From positions 124,001 to 188,000 of the forward strand of contig NW_019028980.1 of NCBI RefSeq assembly GCF_002105155.1: a stretch of DNA of 64,000 bases. The letters run 5' to 3'. Position numbers and translations under genes: made by a program. The first letter of the stretch is position 1; each line of letters begins with the position of its first letter. The notes beneath the pieces were generated by a model. It made no database searches, was not told where the DNA came from, and saw nothing but the letters and a program-made list of their open reading frames with translations. Positions 13,055 through 27,267 of the stretch are shown here, piece by piece. The stretch is from Lobosporangium transversale. Taxonomy: Eukaryota.

Positions 13055-13329
13055 CTCTCCTCTCTCTTTTACTCTCTCACCTTTTTCTTTATTCGTCTTA
13101 CTTTTTTATTCTCTTTCATCCAGTCTTGTCTACACGGTCGTCGTGTCAACCAATTCAACAGTCGTAAATTAAGGTCTTTATCATCAGATATGATGTTGTG
13201 ATAATCGTTATGGAGTTCGTTTGTTTTGCTCAGAAAAGTTTGTGTCATCTGTCCATTTCTAGCAGTCCCATTGAAAATTTATGCTTCGTCAATAAACGAT
13301 AATTTCATACCAAATGTTCACATTCAAGC

Positions 13330-14490
13330 ATGGAGTCCAACACAATCCAGGTTTCTGAACTACTCTACCTTGTGGCACAATATTTGCCACCGTAGAGCTT
13401 GTATCATTTAATGCTAATCAGTAAGGAGTATTTATCCAACTGGAACTGCTTTTCTATACTAAAGCAACCATCAGGCTTGATTGCATACCATATGAAGCTC
13501 TCGAACGAAATCACCAATTCCTTCGATCCATAAAAATGAAGTTTGGCGCGTTCAATTCGAAATCTCGCCCTAATCTCGCCCAGCATGTCCCTCTACCTTT
13601 CGGGGCTATCGTTTCTTTAGTATCCTCCTCCCCACTAGTATCAATATCTCATTATCGCCATCATCATCATTATCAGGTTTCAAAGAATTAACGACAAAGA
13701 CCTCATTCAGGCCACCAATACCTCCTCTCAAAACCAACTATCTCAAAGTTTCTAGCGACTACTATCAAGACTCTAAAATTTCACCACCTCGGAATCTGCT
13801 TACCATCATTCGTCATTGTCCATATCTCACAGAGCTTGTGCTTGTTGTGGATAAATTGCTTGTATCTAAAGATGATATGGCGAGGTCCTTCTTTTGACCC
13901 TACCTTGTCTTGAGCGGCTGAAGTTGCAAGGGTCCACTATCGATCAATAAGTGTTGGTCAAGCTCTTAGCAGCTTCTCTGAAACATCCTTGTTTATTGAG
14001 CTAGACTGCACAACACTTGAAGCCACTGGAGCAAAATTCATTAAGTATTGACAGTGACAGTAACAGCAATAGTCAAGGAAAGAATAAGAATGCTACAGCG
14101 GTCAAGGTCGCCCAGCTGGCCAAGCTCTTGGCAAATTGTTTACAAACAGATTGATCAACTATTCAAACTAGATTCCTTTGTGCTCCATGCTGGCAGAAGC
14201 GATTGCGTTCATATATGTTTATCATTCTTTTGGCAATGATTTGGTTGTCGAGCCTGACTGGTTAATGGACTTGGCTATTCTCAAGGAACTAAGGTCTTTA
14301 ACCCTGGTTGCTGAATTCAGGGTAAAAATGGACATACCTGCAAAGCAATTCATATTAGAGCAGTGGCCGAAGCTGAAATCACTTACCTTTGAAGGAAGCA
14401 ATTTTGCAAAGAGAGTCCTTTGAACAAAAGTGTACTAGGATTGATTGAAAGAGCAGGAGCTACATTTAAAATTGATTTATGAACCCCTGG
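13330..14490 (+). pseudogene. Decayed F-box/RNI-like gene
   Basis: From ATG 13330 it reads MESNTIQVSELLYLVAQYLPP*SLYHLMLISKEY (F-box-like). After frameshifts come ALERNHQFLRSI, LLTIIRHCPYLTEL, LPCLERLKLQGSTIDQ*, then LAILKELRSLTL...ILEQWPKLKSL and D*LKEQ. Multiple stops and frameshifts. Confidence 0.75.
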
Positions 14491-16095
14491 TTCATATTCG
14501 ATCGTTAATAAAGCTTAGATGAATATTTTTCGCCGAGATATGTATGGTAATGCTGTTTTCTGATGTGTTCTGAACAAAGGTACTTTGGGGAGTAAGAGGT
14601 TTTCTCGAACTGATGAAGCTGCTATCAGTATGAGCAAAAGCCTTAGTCTCGCGAATAATCCTTAACATTATTATGAACTCTGGTAATATATCAAGGCTTT
14701 TTCCATGGAGGTCGATTACTTTTGTTTCATTTTAAACGAAGGAAGAAAAAGAAAGAACGAGGTGTGTCGAGTTTGAAAACCAATATGGATATGACCTTCA
14801 GATATTTAGACATGTATTGATGAGGGAAGAGTGAGGAATGAGGGAGGAAACACGAGCCACCTCACAACAGACTATCCGTGCGTGAATGCATCAATTGAGA
14901 GTAGAGAGATTAGATAAAAAAATAAAAAAAAGGTTGTACGCAGATTAGGTTTTTGAATAAAGGCTATCAGTGTGCAAATGTGTAACTGGGCGGGAGATCA
15001 ATGATAGCAAAATGGCCGTTTTTTTTAAAAAAAAAAAAAAAAAAAGGATTGGGGTGTGCAAAGACTTGTCAATATAATCAGCCTATAAAAGTAGTAATAG
15101 AAAGTTGTGAAGAAACCCATTCCGGTATTGTCCAAGTGTCAAGGAAAGTAAAAGAAAAAAACCCCGCCATCACGGCAATGGTTGTGCATTAATGGATTTG
15201 TTGCCCAATGCTCATTTTATTTTCATTTCGAGAAAGATAAGATAGGACTAATTTTTGATTGTATACGCAAGGAAAACTATAAACCACAACCCTACGATTA
15301 AAGGTCCTTCTTGCTTTGCTAGAAGATCAAGCTGGGTTATAATTTTCTTTTTTTCCTTTCTTTTCAGGCATGCATGTTCATGTACATACATGTACATTAT
15401 AGCAATGATATATGTATCTATATTTCTTAATCTTGCTGTGTTGAGGTCTAATGCTTGCCGGACATCCTATTGAGAAGAGAGTTTATCAGCACATCCAAAA
15501 TAATAAAAAAAGGCTTTTTTTCTGTTGAGCTGGTCAATGCTTATCATTCAGTAATCTTGTTAGAGTTTGTCAACATTTTAACCCCTGATACCGCAACATG
15601 GACAGTGATGGAGAGAGGTTTTATAGGAAGAGATAAACTAGAGACGATAGGATACACCGTATGAGTGAAGTAGTGAAGTAGTGAAGTAGTGTGGAGTGTG
15701 CGGAGCAAGAGATGCATTGACCCAGTTAAGCAGTAGTGAAAAAGTAGCCAAGAATTTAGCGAGTTATCAAGTTTTAGATAGTTGACAATGGGGTCATTCT
15801 AATTGCTCGATGGAAATGCACTAAAGAGTTCAGTTTATATTTTTGTTTAGTACAATTCAATTCAATTGATCGCGTCCCTTTGTCGTCATATTTAAGAAAG
15901 TGCTTTTTTTTTCTTCTTCTTTCCTTTCTTCTTCTTCTGCTTTCTCTCACCGCCTTCCTTTGTCTTTTGACACCGTCTCTTTTTCTTTTTAGTCCTTTCT
16001 CCTTTTCTTCTTTCCTTTCTTCACTTCTCTCATTCACTTGCATTCAGTGGCTCATTTCTTTTTCTTTTTCACCTTCACCTTTATTTTTTTCACAT

Positions 16096-17979
16096 ATGCC
16101 AGAAATGACAATGGAAAAGCAACATAGAAACGTTCACAAGCCTCTTCTCTTTGAGATCGCTTGGGAGGTTGCTAACAAAGGTATATGTTCACTCTGGTTC
16201 ATACATGGACTATATCTTCCAAAGGTAGATGTCTTTAAATAGGAGCATACAGTTTCTTTAATGACGATCACCTTTTGATTTGTTTTACTCTTAATTTAGT
16301 TGGAGGAATCTACACTGTCCTCAAATCCAAGGCGCCTGTTACTTGCCATGAATATGGTGATCGCTATACAATGATTGGGCCTTTGTCCTACAAGACCGCA
16401 CCTTTGGAGGTTGAAACACTCGAACCTGATACGCCTGAACTTCGCTTGACACTTGAATCCATGAAAGAACGTGGCGTCAAGTTTTTATACGGTCGTTGGT
16501 TGATCGAGGGTGCACCTAAGGTGCTTTTGTTCGATACCGGCTCAGTCTACCATAAACTGGATGAGTGGAAGGGCGATCTCTGGAATGTAGCCGGGATCCC
16601 CTCACCACCCAATGATCATGAAACAAACGAGGCTATTCTCTTTGGCTACCTTGTAGCCTGGTTCTTGGGTGAGGTAAGCTTTCTCAGAAAATAGAAAATC
16701 GCAGGACTAAGTTCTCAGGCAAGGAAGGAAACAGAATAGAACTGGAGAGAAGAGGCGCTGGAGAGGAAAGATAGTAAGGAGAAAAAAAAAAAAAAAAAAA
16801 AAAAAAAATAGAGCAAGCTGGATATGAAATGGGAGTGAATAACTGTAATGTTAGGTTGGGGTTATTGTCCATGTTTATCATGGGACACACAACTCTTTAC
16901 TCATGAAGGATGGTTTTTAACTATGTACTACTTCCGAGTATCTATCCTTGTCGGGATTGCATTGCCGAGTCACTTTGTCAGTTCTGACTATTATCAACCT
17001 CGTCATAGTGTCCTCATAGCCGTCTTATCTTCCTTGTTACTTTTCCATTGGGTGGATTATATTCTCTATCCTCATCTTGTACCGCTTACGATGGAGAGAA
17101 AGAAAGTCATGAAAAAAAAGTTGGAGTACAGAATGCACAACAACAGATCGGACCCCAAATGGGCTTTATCACCACAAGAAGGAAATTTTGCACAAAGTTT
17201 TATGGCCTTGTTGACTGCTTACTTTTTTTTTTTTTCTTTTTTGTTTTTCTCGCATGTTCTGGCATGAGGATCAGAAGAAGAGATGACCGCTTGTATCAAC
17301 TGACATACACCTTAATAAGAGTACAATAACTGTTTCAGAGGCAAAAAATGAAGTGAATGTCTAGTCCAACAACAGAGACCAATTGTCCTTCATCTGTGTA
17401 CACACTGTGACATGTAAACACTGCGAGAAAAAGGGGACTTGGACACAAACAAACAAAAAACAATACGCACAAGCAAAAGGAAAAAAGGGTGGATAATCAT
17501 TATGCGCACTAATCGGCTGCTAACAAATGATTTACGGCTTTCCCAAAAAACTAAACTAATTCTTTCTTGCCCTGTCTTGTCTTGTCTTGTCTGAACCAGT
17601 TTGTTGCACACGAGCGCAAGGCGGTTATTATTGCTCATTTCCATGAGTGGCTCGCTGGTGTGGGTATCGCTCTTTGTCGCAAACGTCATATCGACGTCAC
17701 TACGATCTTCACCACCCATGCCACATTGCTTGGCCGTTACCTCTGCGCTGGCTCCGTCGATTTCTATAACAACCTCAGGAACTTTGATGTAGACCACGAG
17801 GCAGGCAAACGTGGTATCTATCATCGTTACTGTATCGAACGCGCTGCTACTCACTGCTGCGATGTCTTTACTACTGTCTCTCACATTACTGCTTACGAAG
17901 CTGAGCATCTGTTGAAGCGCAAGCCAGGTAATGGAATGTTGGATGAAAGAGACATGTATCACATTCGCTACGAATAATG

Positions 17980-18013
<34 letters not shown>

Positions 18014-19674
18014 TCATTATCTCATATTTATTTGTGTACATGTCTTTAGATGGTGTATTGCCCAATGGTTTGAATGTGGTTAAATTCTCGGCCATGCATG
18101 AGTTCCAAAATTTACATGCGGTGTCAAAGGAGCGTATCCACGATTTTGTACGCGGACACTTTTATGGTCACTACGATTTTGATCTCGACAATACCCTCTA
18201 TTTCTTCACTGCTGGACGATATGAATACCGTAACAAGGGTATCGATATGTTTATTGAATCTCTCCAACGTAAGTCTCAGTCTTTTATACTAACTTTTCAG
18301 ACAGACAGCACATGGAGGTATTTAATATTTTTTCGAGGATATAATCTGATCACGATGTCATCGTCATTAATTTTTTTCTTTTCATTCAAATATCATAATC
18401 AATTTATTTTAGGCTTGAACGAGAAATTAAAGGCCGCTGGCTCGTCGACCACTGTGGTCGCCTTCATCATTACCCCCGCTGAAACGCACTCATTCACAGT
18501 TGAGACTCTCAAAGGTCAAGCTGTCGTCAAGCAGCTGAAGGAAACTGTTCACGATATTGCTCAGCGCATGGAAACTCGTTTGTTCGAAAAGGCTGCTCGG
18601 TATGTTTTTATTATCATCACTATTGCTATTGTTCTCATTTAATTCAAAACAGCACATGTAAATCTGATTATATTTCAACCTTATTCTCTTTATAACAGTG
18701 GTGGTGATGTTACCACGACCCAGTTCTTGACCAATGAGGATCAGATCTTGCTCAAACGCCGTACTTTTGCATTGAAGCGGTCGACTTTGCCGCCAATTGT
18801 CACGCACAACATGGCTGATGACAGCAAAGACCCTGTTTTAACTCAACTGCGTCGCCTCGGTCTCTTCAACCACCCATCAGACCGTGTCAAGATTGTTTTC
18901 CATCCCGAGTTCATCAATTCCAACAACCCATTGTTCGGCCTTGACTACGAAGAGTTTGTCCGTGGTTGCCATTTGGGAGTCTTCCCTTCATATTATGAGC
19001 CTTGGGGCTATACTCCCGCAGAGTGCACAGTCATGGGAGTCCCCAGTATCACGACCAATTTGTCTGGTTTTGGATGCTTTATGGATGATAACATTGTGGA
19101 CTCATCTGAATATGGTATCTACATTGTAGACCGTCGTATGAAGTCTGTGGAAGAGTCGATTCAACAATTGGCAGAACAGATGTTAATGTTCTGCAACAAG
19201 TCTCGCCGTCAGCGTATCAACCAACGTAACCGTACAGAACGTCTGTCGGATCTCTTGGATTGGAAACGGATGGGATTGGAATATATCAAAGCTCGTCAAT
19301 TGGCAATGAGGAGAGCTTACCCCGATTCCTTTGATGATGACTACTTTGGTGCTGCAGAACAGGGTGGCCCTCGTACTAAGGTTCCTAACCCCCGCTCAGC
19401 GCCTGGATCACCGCGTATCCGCACACCTCAAGAAGGATCTGAAGCGGAATTGACTTTAGCTAATATGTCGATCCATGATCGTGAGAGATATCTTCAGTAC
19501 AAGATGCAAGGACATGATGATGATGATGTAGATCAGCAGATCAAGGTCCCTTTCCGTCGCCAGTCGACACGTGAGGAGTTGTTGGCAGAAGGCGAGTTTG
19601 AGGTTGCGGATGAGGCTGGAGATAACGCTGTTACGAATGGTCATTACAAGTCGGGCAGCAATGGTGTCAGTTAA
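16096..19674 (+). CDS. GSY1: Glycogen [starch] synthase (GT3); exons ~16096-16180, 16300-16673, 17600-17927, 18050-18268, 18413-18599, 18699-19674
   Basis: Motifs [67 protein letters not shown] and [21 protein letters not shown]-terminal phosphosite cluster PRSAPGSP. Confidence 0.97.
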
Positions 19675-20104
19675 ACCAAATGTGCTTTGTTTTACCCAAA
19701 CAAGCCTTAGAAGATTTATGTACTTTGCCAAATTTATCCTTTATCCTTATCCTTTATCCTTTTCTCAACAAAAAAAAAAAAAAAAAGAAAAAAAATTATT
19801 TTGCTTTTTTTGTCGGCCGTTTTGCTTGTTTTGCTCGTTTTGCTCTTGTTTTCATTTCGATTGTAAAATAAAATATATGAGAAAAAAAAATGTGGAGACA
19901 TTGGAAAATAGATATACATTTTATATGACAAAATAACGACGACCTCTCCATCAAAAATTTCCATTTCTCTCCATCCCCTCGCATATGTATCATTTCTATC
20001 TTCTTTTCTTGCCCTACGTCCTGACCTGTCCTATCCTGTCCTATCCCACTCTGTCTTGTCTTTTTTTATTATAGTTGCTATTTTTTTTTTTTTTTTTTTT
20101 TTTT

Positions 20105-21695
20105 TTAAACCTCCCACATCATACCAACACCGAAACGACTCTGACCCTTGCCATGATCCATCTCTCCACTGATCAGGAATGAGAATCCGGGGACGATCTT
20201 TTCCTCCAATACTGCGGAGACCTTGCCTGTCGTATCGACTTGTCCACGGAATGTTGACCGTCTAAATTCAAATTTGCCTCCGACTGTCGCAACGGCTTCC
20301 CGACGTCCACCCGCAGTCATCATCTGAAACTCTGTACCGAAATCAACCTTTTCAGAGTAACGCAAGTAATACGCTGCAGAGAATGCTCCGAATCCTTGAT
20401 ACTGTGCAGTAGCAACATAATCCTTGCCTGTATATTTGGCCACATAGGACCAAATCGTTTCCTCCTGACCAGGTGTAGGACGTTGATACACTGCTTCTGC
20501 TCCCAAAGACAAGTGTTGAGTCACAGATTGTAAATAAGATCCAATAAAAATACCAGTGCCTTCTACAGGTGACGGGTTCACGCCTTTAAGGTTTACATTG
20601 AAATCTTTGCCATTGTAATCCTGTTCCATCTGCAACATTGAGTGTCCTGGAGTCGTCGACAGCTGATAAACAAAAAAAAAAAAAAAAAAAAAAAAAAATT
20701 AAAAATTAATTAGAGATTCTAGCTGAGTCTTTGACTGCTGAATGACCTCATTCATCAATCACAAATCACAGCTTTTTTTTTTTTTTTTTTTGTTATATAC
20801 CTGCGCTTGGACCTTAGAGATATTACGGTTGCTCCATGCATAGTTGGCTCTTGCCTGTACATTGCCATCAGTATCCAAGTTACCCGAAAGGAAAGACTAT
20901 ATTAAATCCACGCATTTTTTTTTTTTTAAACAAAAAAAGTTAAATCTTTGATTAATTTTCTATTTCCTACATCAGCATTATTTTCGCTATTACGGGATTT
21001 TGCTAGTTTTTGTGAGCTAGATAGGACATTTTTTTTTTACCTCTTGACCGATAAAGATAGTACCAAAGTTATAAGTGGACGGGGCAGCGACCGATCCCAT
21101 CGCGAATGAATGTGTAACCTGGAAGTTGGGGGTCAATACCTTGGTGATATCGCAACGAGCTCCATCAAAAACATGGTTGGTCAAGAAGGTCTCTAATTCA
21201 CGCAAACCACAAAAAAAAAAAAAAAAAAAAAAAAAAAGCTGATCAGTAAAGAGAATCGTACCGATGTTTTTGAATGATCAAATTTGAAAGATTCAGCCAG
21301 TCTTGATCTTTTTGTTTTTTTCTCTGCTCATCGCAATCCACTAAGACAAAAAAAGTTATTCTGATCTACTCTTCTTTAAGTTTCCTGCATCTTCCGGCTA
21401 TTTTTTTTTTTTTTTTTTTTTTTTCCTTTTTTTTCTGCTTGTTTCTTTATCTGTTTTAATATGTCGTCTTACGTTTGACTTCACGGTTGACACCCTCATA
21501 CGTGCCAGGGTTTGGCAAGTTTAAGTCATCGCGGAACTTGTTGACTTTAGCCCATGCGGCCTTGGCCTGTCCCAACAAACCCGAAGGTGCAGACTCAACT
21601 GAAGGTGCAGACTCAACTGAAGGTGTAGAGGGTGCAATAGGTACAGAAGAGATGGGATTGAAGCCAAGAGGCGTCTTCAGAGGGGAGGTTGACAT
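20105..21695 (-). CDS. TOM40: Mitochondrial outer-membrane translocase channel Tom40 (4 exons)
   Basis: Motifs LNLPNPGTYEGVNREVK, FLTNHVFDGARCDITK..PNFQVTHSF, SYLQSVTQHLSLGAE and FRGQVDTTGKVSAVLEEK, and a C-terminal beta-signal SRFGVGMMWEV. Confidence 0.95.
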
Positions 21696-21837
21696 GATTG
21701 ATGGGCGAAATGTGTTTTTTAAGAAGGGTGTAAGGAGAGTGAGAGAAGGGAGAACTTGTACACTGATATTCTATTGTGGCATTGTGTATTGTGGTGAGAT
21801 CACGTGCTATATCTAGTTGTGATCTACAGAGGATGGA

Positions 21838-22535
21838 TCAGATCGGCGGATACACAGCTCTAAGTACATCTCGCACTACATCGCTTGCAGTCCTTTCGTC
21901 CATAGGATCAGTGCCAGGGACTCTTGCCCTCAACTGTGCTCCCGCATGGCGATGCCTGTAATCATGATCCAAGCTTTCACTCTTCGGCTGCTTTTCCCGG
22001 TGAATACCAGGGCCGCGACCGATTTCTTCTTCACTAGTATCACTACTGGAGAGTTCATCTTCCTCATCTTCTTCCTCCTCAGAGTCGCTAAAAACAACTA
22101 CGCTGCCACTGAATGATCGGTCGTCTGAATCAGACATCACCACGAACGACGCTCCGCCATCACTACTCTGAGTAGAATCCCCACTACTTCCCTTGTCTTT
22201 CTGAGCCCGACTAGCATTACTACGATTATGCTTCCTTTGTCGCTGCCGCCGTCGCTGTTGTCCATTCAATTGACTACCATATCCTTTTGCAGGGAGTTTA
22301 CCATCTTTTATCGTTGTTTTCGCTAATTTTGTGGTTAATGTTGTAGATGGCTCTGCGGATATCGGCGACGATGGGGACGTGGTCACAGGTGTTGGGTCAC
22401 ATATCGCTGAAGCAAACATCTTCCGTCGCCTAGTCGATTTGAGCTCCAGTCTGTGAGAAAAGACCTTGTCCGCTGCAATCGTAACCAGATCTGGTGTCAC
22501 AAAGGTGGACTGGAAGATTGCAGCCAATGTTCTAC

Positions 22536-22571
<36 letters not shown>

Positions 22572-24588
22572 TTTAATATATTAAAGAATATTTTCTTGAA
22601 AAAAAAAAAAAAAAAAAAAAAAAAAAGGTATTACACACCTCAAAATGGCCTCAAGATCCAAAGCTGCTCGCGCTGTCAAGCCTCCATGGACTGCTTCGTG
22701 TGTCCTGACGCCCACGATAACATCTCGTATATACCTCATCATATCGTTCGATATTACCACCATCTTCATTCGCTTTGAGAGTTCGTCCCATTCCTACAAA
22801 GAAAAAAAAAAAAAAAAAAAAAGAAAAGAAAAAAAACCATACAATATACAATGAATACACTATCTGCTAACTCTGAAGGTTCTTGCCCAACATCCAGAAA
22901 ATAAAATCGTATCTTTTTTAGGACAATGACATTACCGTTCTTCGGAATAATGCATGTTTTCTGGCAGGTACAGGCTGTATCCGTGATTGAGGTGTTGTAG
23001 ATTGATAGGCTCCATTGATCGCAAAATAATCGAGCTAGATTTACAGATAAATAAATAAAGTTAAAAGGAGAAGATAATTAGTATTTCGATTGATATAGGC
23101 TGTATAAGCTTTTTCCCTTCTCCCTAATGACATTAAGATTTCCAGTTACCAGTTGCTTGGGTATATTATCTGGAATATTAGGTGAGTTAAAGATTGCAAC
23201 GATGAGAAGGTCTGGAAGCATATATCGGTTCTTATCATTGATCTCCTTGTTGTTGATCATCTATGGATAGTTTCAAATCAAGACAAACTCAGTTCAGTTC
23301 AGACGAACGAATTGACAACAGCAATCTAATGTCTTTTCTTTTTTTTTTTTTTTTTTTTTTTTTACCTCTAGCAGAATAGCATAAACTTCTTGGCTGGCAT
23401 TTTCCAATCCCTCTAAAATAATAGCCTGAGCGATCCTTCTCCCAATATAAGTGGCCCCTGATGTCTCTCCTCCAGGACCACCGCCAAAACTATAACCATA
23501 GCCATAATTACCGCTATAGCTATAAATCCCAGAATTCGATACACTCTCATGTCGTCGTCGAGGAAACGTAAAATCGACAGGTGTCACAGGGGTTTGCCCA
23601 GAAGCAGAATGGATGGGCGTCCCAACTCCTGGATGTAAAAAGCTCATTCCTGCCTGTGACTGCTGAGATTGTATCCGTTTACTGTTGATACTGTTGTGAT
23701 GAGTAATGCTTCCATCAAAATCCGGATTATTGTGAACCATAGTTGACTTGCGTGAACGGCTGTGGATAATATGATCCGCCATTGCATCGCCTGTATGCTT
23801 TGATCTAGACTCGGACTGCAAAAGAGTTAAAAATGAGTACTGTTGTTGAAAAGGAAATCCGACATCCCTTGTTATGAGACTAATAGTGATAAGAATAGCA
23901 GCGACAGACAATATTTGATCCGACCTACCCGCCGTAAAGTCATGCTTGAGTCGTCGCCGCCGCCACGGGAATAGTCACCAGAGTCATTACGTAAATGGTG
24001 CCCCCCTCTTCGGATTGACCCTCCATCTGGATCTCTTTCACTCGCAGTCCTAAATGAGGCAATGGAAGGCGCACCATTTTTTTCTGCATGTGGTCGGAAG
24101 CTGTAGTCAGATGCTTCGGAGTAGTTGGTAGCAACAGATCTACGTGACTTTTCAAATCGTAGCTTTGCATTCCGTTGCACATACTCATCCATAGGGTTAG
24201 AGTATTGATAGTACTGTCCTGAAGGCGTATGTGGATGACTGTAGACGCTGCTGTTGTTTTGATAGTGATGATGATGAGGATGCTGACCGATGTAACTTCC
24301 ATTCCCGACAGCGCCGCTGCCGCCACCGCCTCCATTACCATGGGATGAATGTTGCCCTGGTGTTGAGGAACTGATATCAGCATGCCGTCCTGTGATGGCC
24401 CCAATGATGTCCGACCTTGTTTGCTGTGCGTGACAAACTATTGTAGCAGTAGTCAATCCAAAGACGACTGCTGAATGCTTCAAGAAAAATATAACAAAAA
24501 GTCAATTGGCTTCTGCTGCTTTCAGTTCGATTGGTTAATCCGAAACGAAAATGAGGACATGTTATATTTATATATATATTTTTTTTTA

Positions 24589-24622
<34 letters not shown>

Positions 24623-24820
24623 TAAGACTATCGTTACCTGCTCAACAATAGCCTTGAGTTCAGGTACAGTCTCAGGAACAGTATGAAGTACCAGATGCTT
24701 GTTCTTGGCAATAAGACAAATTAACATTGACAGGAAAATCTCTTCAGAGAAGATGATGCCTGATGCCTTTCTGATAGCTGCCATCTTGCTCCGAATCCAT
24801 GCTCGGTTTGCAGGCGCCAT
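21838..24820 (-). CDS. MoxR/chelatase-like AAA+ fold protein with degenerate catalytic motifs and long low-complexity insertions
   Basis: Colinear with MoxR AAA+: LICLIAKNKHLVLHTVPET (Walker A position), CHAQQTRSDIIG, AQAIILEGLENASQEVYAILLE (Walker B position), IPKQL/LDYF, lid YIRDVIVGVRTHEAVHGGLTARAALDL...FVTPDLV...VFSHRL, and C-terminal TASDVVRDVLRAVYPPI. Confidence 0.72.
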
Positions 24821-25145
24821 AACGAAATGTGAACAATGATGCCGGACAAGACAGGGTGATGGAGCTATCCTGTTTTTTACTCTTTGCTTTACTTTTATTT
24901 GCGTGTGTGGTGTGCGTGTCTGTTTGTCTTGTAGGTTACAAGAAAAGAGAGAGACCCTTTTGGTGGCAAGGTATGTGGTGGGCGAAGTATGAATATCGAT
25001 GTGGTAAAATGGTGTGAAGTGGTGAGTGTGCCTTACAAGCAATCAGTGGTATCCTTGGATTTAAATTCGAGGGAGTAGGATTTAACGTTCAGAAAGACTT
25101 TAATTTTTCTTTTGCATCATCCCTCGACTCATCTCATACACTCCC

Positions 25146-27235
25146 ATGTCTTCAGACAAGGTACTAAATATACTCTGTCAACGCCTACATTAACACCGAT
25201 AGCACCGGATATGCCTTTATTGGCAGGAGTATAAAGAAGAAAAAAAAACCTAATGCTTGTATAATAAAACTGTTTGATTTCTTAACCAGAAACGCATTCT
25301 GCGCGATACCTTTGGGGACGATGACTATGACGAAGATGACGATCACAGTTTGAATGGCGATCGTAACCACCAAGGTAAATGAGCGAGACATTCTCGGTGA
25401 TGTCGTCATTTGACGAAGCAACCAATGATCAGATTGAGTCTAATTCTTTTTTATTATTTTTAAAACCAGATCACACAGAGGACAATCAGGGAGAAAAACA
25501 GAATGATGCAACTAATAGTACACAGGAAGAGCCTCTAATAGAAGAAGAACCAGAGGAAGAAGGCACTCCATTGCCCAGTTTCAAAAAAAGGAATGCAGAC
25601 GGCAATGGGTCTCCAGCGCCAGAGGCCAAGAAGAAAAAGTATGAATATATTTGACTAGTCATTCGAATTGAATCAGATTGGACAAAAGTGATCATTTTTT
25701 AACTCATTCAATCGTCTATCTATGATTGAATATATTCATAAAGGATCGCTAAGAAGCCAAAACCCTCAGAGAATAAGGATCTTCCAGAAGACGGTGCGGA
25801 TCTACCCTTGGATCCTAGACAACAAGCCTTAATGAAATTGGAAAAGGATTTTGATTTGGCAATGAAAAGTGGGAAAACGTCATCCAGAAGGCGCGCCAAA
25901 GACGATGAGGAACTTGTGAGTCTTGATTGTATCGTTTACACACAGTGCATAAATCGAGCACAGCATATGACCATTATAAGGAGCGATAAAGTGGTTTTTA
26001 GTTTTTTCAAGTATTCTGACCTGGAAAGTTATTTATTCCCGATTATTTTTATTTTTTATTTTTTTTCTTGGTGGGCAATAAATAGGACAAGGATCTGGAT
26101 GAAAGTGCATCACGATTTGTTGCCAAGATGCGGGAGGCTGCATTTTCAGACATTGATTCCAAGCTAAAGCATCAGTCAGCACTTGCAAAAGTTAGAATGC
26201 TGCCTACTGTAAAAAAGCAGTTGAACAAGTAGGTTAATGACGATAAGAAAAAAAAAAAAAAAAAAAAAAAAAAAAGACTGATATTTGCTCTGAAAACATA
26301 TGAGCTTGTTCTTATTGAACTGTCTATGTCTATGTATCTATATAGATCACATATGCACAACATTTTCTTGGAAAACGGCATTCTGGAGGCAATGAAGCTA
26401 TGGCTGGAACCCCTTCAGGATGCATCACTCCCTAGTTTAGATATCATTCAAGACTTTCTGGACCTTTTGGAGATTGTAAGGCGTCTTTTGAGAACGTTAA
26501 ACAGTTTTCAGGACAAAATGGACATTGAACTATAAGAGACAGACTTTCTGAACTTAATCTTAACATACTTGATCTGCTTTCAACACTATAATTTTTGGCA
26601 ACTCTAGTTGCCAATCCAGACCGACCATCTCGTTAGCAGCTCAGTTGGACGCGTCGTATATTTCTACACCAAAGTTGATGACTCTCGAGTAACGCCTGCT
26701 ATCAAGCGCAAGGCCCATGCACTTGTCGGTACGCTACAACGTTTATCAAGACTAGGAAAAAAAAAAAAAAAAAAAAAAAATCTTGCATGAATGCTTAAAA
26801 TATTTCTTTTATACATATTTAGACAAATGGAGTAGACCTATTATCAAACTCAGTCAGGATTATAGGGACAAAAAGATCAGTTATGCTGTTGACGATGCAG
26901 GATCATCATCGCAGCGCAGACGTCCCGCAGCTTACAGCAATCCAACTTCAGAGTAATGATCTCTATTAGTACCCTCATATACGTTCTTGATGTTGGATGA
27001 TATTGACTAGAAATGGTTTTATTATAATCATTGTTATTAATGGAGGGAGTGGTATATGATTTTGTGTATGTTGCCTTCCATTTTTAGAGCACCTGGACCC
27101 AGCAGGAGCTTGGCAGTCAGAGTACCGCAGGTGGACCGTGGATCATATGCAGTCATGCCTGAATCGACCGTCACATTTGATAAATCTCGTGGTGGCAAGG
27201 TAATGTCTGTTGAATTCAAATGTGTTTCTTCAAGG

Positions 27236-27267
<32 letters not shown>

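Noticed and set aside
14602..14656. Hammerhead-like string TTCTCGAA-CTGATGA-AGCT...AGC-AAAA-GCCTTAGTC-TCGCGAA
   Set aside because: The invariant GAAA core reads AAAA, and stems II and III are very weak. Most likely chance.
15665..15690. (GTGAAGTA)x3 and other short tandem repeats as possible CRISPR or telomere-like arrays
   Set aside because: No spacers, few copies and a eukaryotic context; these are ordinary slippage repeats.
21583..21618. 18-bp in-frame duplication in the TOM40 N-terminus (PSVESA x2), with a similar 12-bp one in the Myb gene (~58881-58904)
   Set aside because: Common slippage in disordered regions with no wider significance.
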